The notes beneath the pieces are model-generated. The model had not been told where the DNA came from. It did not search any database and worked only from the letters and a program-made list of their open reading frames with translations. The position numbers and the translations under genes were made by a program. Shown one piece after another: positions 36,746 through 40,237 of a DNA stretch of 40,237 nucleotides. Origin of the DNA: Oscillospiraceae bacterium (lineage in GTDB: Bacteria; Bacillota; Clostridia; Oscillospirales; Ruminococcaceae); assembly GCA_045593225.1 (NCBI GenBank), contig JAZNWG010000428.1, forward strand, positions 1-40,237, written 5' to 3'. Each line of letters starts with the position of its first letter. The first letter of the stretch is position 1.

Positions 36746-36958
36746 ATGTCTTGGAATATAAACGATAGATTCATAATCTCGGGAACAGTAGATCTTGGAA
36801 CACACTGTCCTCGTGTCCGCACAACAGGAACCATACTTGCTTTTGTCAACCCAAAGAAAATACGCGCACTCTTGGATGGCGTCGAGGGTCATGACAAAGT
36901 TGAAGCTATAGTCAAGCTTCGTGACATCAAGCCCGTGATCGAAAAGGAGGAAAAGTAA
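36746..36958 (+). CDS. small hypothetical protein
   Basis: AAAGGA RBS; TAATG coupling to next ORF. Confidence 0.7.
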   Translation: MSWNINDRFIISGTVDLGTHCPRVRTTGTILAFVNPKKIRALLDGVEGHDKVEAIVKLRDIKPVIEKEEK

Positions 36959-37263
36959 TGCCCGCATTATTGCTCAACAGAAGTTACTCTCCCAGCGAAA
37001 TATGCAGTTTCGAAAAACGCCTCGAAAATAACGTTTGCGTCGAGATCGAACGCTTTTTTGTTGAAGAAAACGACGGTCTTATCGTTCTGAAAGACAGGTC
37101 CGAACAAACAAATATTCTCTACAACATGACATGGGACACATTCCTGTTTTTATTTTTGTTAGGAAAACCTGCCACCGCAACAATAAGAAGACCACATGTC
37201 CCAACTGTTCAGACAATCGATACGCCAGAAAGAAAGGAATCTGAAAATGAACATAGTATGTGA
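36958..37263 (+). CDS. hypothetical protein
   Basis: AAGGAGG RBS, translational coupling. Confidence 0.7.
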   Translation: MPALLLNRSYSPSEICSFEKRLENNVCVEIERFFVEENDGLIVLKDRSEQTNILYNMTWDTFLFLFLLGKPATATIRRPHVPTVQTIDTPERKESENEHSM

Positions 37264-37537
37264 CAGATGTCCTGTTGCAACAGGCTGTTGTTTGGATTTT
37301 GGCGGAAAAGCATGCCAGAAAACAGCGAAAACGCATGGTTTTGACTCCACGCCAACAAACTATGAAAAAATACGCAGCATGACAATCGAAGAAATAACAG
37401 ATCTAATCTTTGATGCCACAATTAACGACATATGTCGCTATTGTCCACATAAAGACACCGATTGTGACAGATCGTTTTGCGAAAATAAATCAACAAGTGA
37501 TATCATCAGAGACTGGCTTAACAGCCCATCCAAATAA
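37247..37537 (+). CDS. Cys-rich, probable Zn-binding protein
   Basis: CDRC..CC..C and CRYC..C..C; TNYEKIRSMTIEE motif common in phage/MGE proteins. Confidence 0.72.
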   Translation: MNIVCDRCPVATGCCLDFGGKACQKTAKTHGFDSTPTNYEKIRSMTIEEITDLIFDATINDICRYCPHKDTDCDRSFCENKSTSDIIRDWLNSPSK

Positions 37538-37552
37538 AAGAGGTGAAAACAT

Positions 37553-39517
37553 ATAAACTTTAATACACTTTCAACCGAACAGCAGTTGTTCTGTAACACC
37601 GCCTTATCAGGACAAAATGTCCGCGTTGAGGCGTGTATCGGTTCAGGTAAGACAACTGCAATTCAGGCACTATGTGACCTGTTTTCCAAGAACAAACTGA
37701 TCCTGTATCTTACATACAACAAGCTGCTCAAAGTCGATGCAAAGGCGAAGATAAAGAACCCGAATGTCGTCGTGACCAACTATCACGGTTTCGTGTATCC
37801 ATATCTTGTGCGAAACGGCATCCGCTGCAGCATGTCCGATTCTATCAGAATATTCACTGAAAACAGACTGTCCATTCCACGCTTTGATATCATGATAATC
37901 GACGAATATCAGGACATCGAGCTTGATTTTGCTGAAATGCTTGAATACGTCAAGTCCACAAACCCTCGAATGCAGATAATCATGGTGGGGGACATGTCTC
38001 AGAAAATATACGATAAGACCACACTCGATGTTGCAAAGTGGTCAGACGGGTTTCTCGGCACACACGTTGAGCTTGAGTTCACACAGTGCTTCCGCTTGCA
38101 GCCTGAACTAGCAGCAAAGCTTGGACGCATATGGGGCAAGACTATAACAGGTGTGAATTCCAATTGCATCGTACGTGAAATGGGCAAGGGCTCCGTAGTA
38201 ACCTACCTCAAGAATAAAAACCCCGGCGACATACTCTGTCTCGGAGCTAAGACCGGCGCAATGTCGGATGTGCTGAATACGCTCGAAGAGCGTTATCCTG
38301 ATCGCTTCAACAAAAAAACAGTCTATGCTCGCATCAAAGATGGCGACGCCAATGTTGAGCCCGACAACAATACCGCTATTTTCACCACTTTTGATAGCTC
38401 AAAGGGTATGGAAAAGCCTATCTGTGTTGTGTTTGACTGGGATGAAGCATATTGGCAGATGCGAAGCCGCCAGCCTGACACAGACGGTGATATTCTCCGT
38501 AATATTTTCTGTGTCGCAGCTTCAAGAGGGAAGAATGAGATAATTTTTGTAACAAGTATGAAGCACGGTAAAAATATCGACCTGCTATCAGAAAAAACAC
38601 TCATGACACCCATCGAGCGGAAGCCTCTCGAACATGCCTACATATATGAAATGTTCGACTTCAAGTATGTTGAGGAAATAACACGTGGCTACGAAATGCT
38701 TGATATAACACGCGTTGACACGATCGAATCCGATATTGATATCAACGAAAAGGATGGTCTTATAGACCTGTCACCCTGTATCCGTGAATATCAGAAAGCC
38801 GTATTCTTCAAAAATTACAACATAGACGTAAAACTTCAGTCGGCTTTTGAGCAGCGTGATAAGAAAATGCCTGACCTCAGCGGTTTTACACCCGAGCAAA
38901 AGCTTTTGCAGCTTGTATCATTGCTTACAAAGCAGAACCGATACTATAATCAAGTCAGATTGCCGTTCGTCACCCCCAATCAGCACAACGCATTGATGGA
39001 CAGGCTTTCAGAACGACTTGACAGAAATGAAAAAACACAGATTGAAAAAAGCATGCAGCTCTGGGATGTAACGATACACGGCATATGTGACGCTTTACAG
39101 TCGGACACAGTATGGCAGGTAGAATACCGAAACGCCATTCGTCCTGAGGATTTCCTACAGGCTGGTATCAACAGTATTCTCTTTGAAAGACCGTACACGA
39201 TGCTCTGGAACATCAAGAACAACGCTTTATACAGAGTTTCTGTAGACCGCTCCATTGTTGATAAGTTCTTGCATCAGATATACTGCATAATCACAAAGCA
39301 GAATCCCAAAACAACTGCTCAGAAAAAGACTGCGCCTATAGCGCCTAAATACCATAACTACAGAATAGGCGAGTTCATCAAGCACAAACAATTTGGTGTC
39401 GGACACATTACGGAAATAAGACAGACACTGAGAGCTGATATCCTTGTCATCCATTTTGATGAAGACAGCAGTGTAAGAAATATCAGTGAAGATTACGTAA
39501 TGCCGTTCACGCCGTAG
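37553..39517 (+). CDS. SF1 (UvrD-like) helicase/ATPase with possible degenerate nuclease-like C-terminal region
   Basis: ACIGSGKTT Walker A, IIDEYQD, VGDMSQKIY, FR, SKGME, VAASRG motifs. Confidence 0.85.
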   Translation: MNFNTLSTEQQLFCNTALSGQNVRVEACIGSGKTTAIQALCDLFSKNKLILYLTYNKLLKVDAKAKIKNPNVVVTNYHGFVYPYLVRNGIRCSMSDSIRIFTENRLSIPRFDIMIIDEYQDIELDFAEMLEYVKSTNPRMQIIMVGDMSQKIYDKTTLDVAKWSDGFLGTHVELEFTQCFRLQPELAAKLGRIWGKTITGVNSNCIVREMGKGSVVTYLKNKNPGDILCLGAKTGAMSDVLNTLEERYPDRFNKKTVYARIKDGDANVEPDNNTAIFTTFDSSKGMEKPICVVFDWDEAYWQMRSRQPDTDGDILRNIFCVAASRGKNEIIFVTSMKHGKNIDLLSEKTLMTPIERKPLEHAYIYEMFDFKYVEEITRGYEMLDITRVDTIESDIDINEKDGLIDLSPCIREYQKAVFFKNYNIDVKLQSAFEQRDKKMPDLSGFTPEQKLLQLVSLLTKQNRYYNQVRLPFVTPNQHNALMDRLSERLDRNEKTQIEKSMQLWDVTIHGICDALQSDTVWQVEYRNAIRPEDFLQAGINSILFERPYTMLWNIKNNALYRVSVDRSIVDKFLHQIYCIITKQNPKTTAQKKTAPIAPKYHNYRIGEFIKHKQFGVGHITEIRQTLRADILVIHFDEDSSVRNISEDYVMPFTP

Positions 39518-39585
39518 AACAAATGACAGCAACATATCAGCCGCCGCAGGCGGCTGATGATAAGACAGCGAAAGGAGAAACAAAC

Positions 39586-39837
39586 ATGACAAACACAACT
39601 TTCCCTACAGAAAACAACAAAACATACAATATCACGCGCGAGATCGCCGAACGTACACATCGTAGACGCATTCGTGACGCCTTTGCTTGTAACGAGCTTA
39701 CTATCGTTGTTACCGATGACGGTGTATTCAACGTCGAAAAGTGCGATAGCGACAGCATCAAGCGTGCCGCCATCAAGGAAACATTGCGTATTCATCCTGA
39801 ATACACATATTGCGGCGATGTCGCAGATAAGGAGTAA
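39586..39837 (+). CDS. hypothetical protein
   Basis: AAAGGAG RBS. Confidence 0.7.
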   Translation: MTNTTFPTENNKTYNITREIAERTHRRRIRDAFACNELTIVVTDDGVFNVEKCDSDSIKRAAIKETLRIHPEYTYCGDVADKE

Positions 39838-39840
39838 AAC

Positions 39841-40137
39841 ATGCGTGTAAAAAGAATAATATCAAACCCTTACGATTCTGACTCAAGACCTCTCGATATC
39901 GAGATCGAGCTCACAGCTGCTGAACTTGAGCAGGCATTCCGAGAAAGAGACAGAGAGTATCTCTATGATGATGCTTGTCGACACATTGAAGATCTCGGAT
40001 ATGATAACACAATATTCGATGACGCGGACATTGACACCATCATCGATCGTTTTGAAAACGAACAGGATTGCAATGTTCCTGAAAACACCACATGGGAACA
40101 TGTTATTGAAGAACATATAAAGAAAAACAAACATTGA
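39841..40137 (+). CDS. acidic hypothetical protein
   Basis: AAGGAG RBS. Confidence 0.75.
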   Translation: MRVKRIISNPYDSDSRPLDIEIELTAAELEQAFRERDREYLYDDACRHIEDLGYDNTIFDDADIDTIIDRFENEQDCNVPENTTWEHVIEEHIKKNKH

Positions 40138-40163
40138 TTGATTTTATAAAAGGATATTCGGCT

Positions 40164-40237
40164 ATGTCAAAGAAAAACAAAAGCAAAAAGAATAAAAATA
40201 AGATCCTTCGAAAAATCAAATATGCACAGGTTATACC
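40164..40237 (+). CDS. 5' part of a CDS truncated by window end
   Basis: AAAGGA RBS; MSKKNKSKK.. open to the end. Confidence 0.55.
   Translation, partial: MSKKNKSKKNKNKILRKIKYAQVI

Noticed and set aside
39553-39575. Hammerhead core CTGATGA..GAAA
   Set aside because: Stem II cannot form and CTGAT belongs to a simple GC hairpin
1-40237. CRISPR array, integrase, transposase or phage structural genes; minus-strand ORFs
   Set aside because: No regularly spaced repeats or recognisable motifs; minus-strand ORFs are shadows of + strand genes

Overview
All supported genes are on the + strand. The window looks like part of a large mobile replicon (megaplasmid, ICE or jumbo phage; no capsid, terminase, relaxase or integrase is visible here) of a Clostridia-type Firmicute, inferred from sigmaA promoters, AGGAGG RBSs, SpoVG, CheV and an NPNTS sortase signal. 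Positions ~2.6-22.7 kb form a co-oriented RNA array with about 26 near-canonical tRNAs, about 15 remodelled tRNA-like RNAs and a tmRNA. Many spacers fold as self-contained structured RNAs. Protein cargo is interspersed: HU, SpoVG, a sigma-70 factor, MCP+CheV and secreted proteins. The standout candidate system is a translation-apparatus mimic/decoy RNA array. It includes a 23S rRNA H43-H44 (uL11/GTPase-centre) mimic with a 134-nt insertion, an SD-led ssrA-tag-like micro-ORF, a double-elbow tRNA/Y-RNA-like fusion, anticodon-less tRNAs, minihelices, tRNA scaffolds carrying cargo domains, a three-copy covarying RNA motif and two MxxGGxx(I/L)F micro-ORFs. Positions 22.8-35.8 kb encode two giant paralogous surface proteins with Ig-like repeats. 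The end holds small ORFs and an SF1 helicase-like gene. All RNA structures were read by eye, and whether any match Rfam was not checked.
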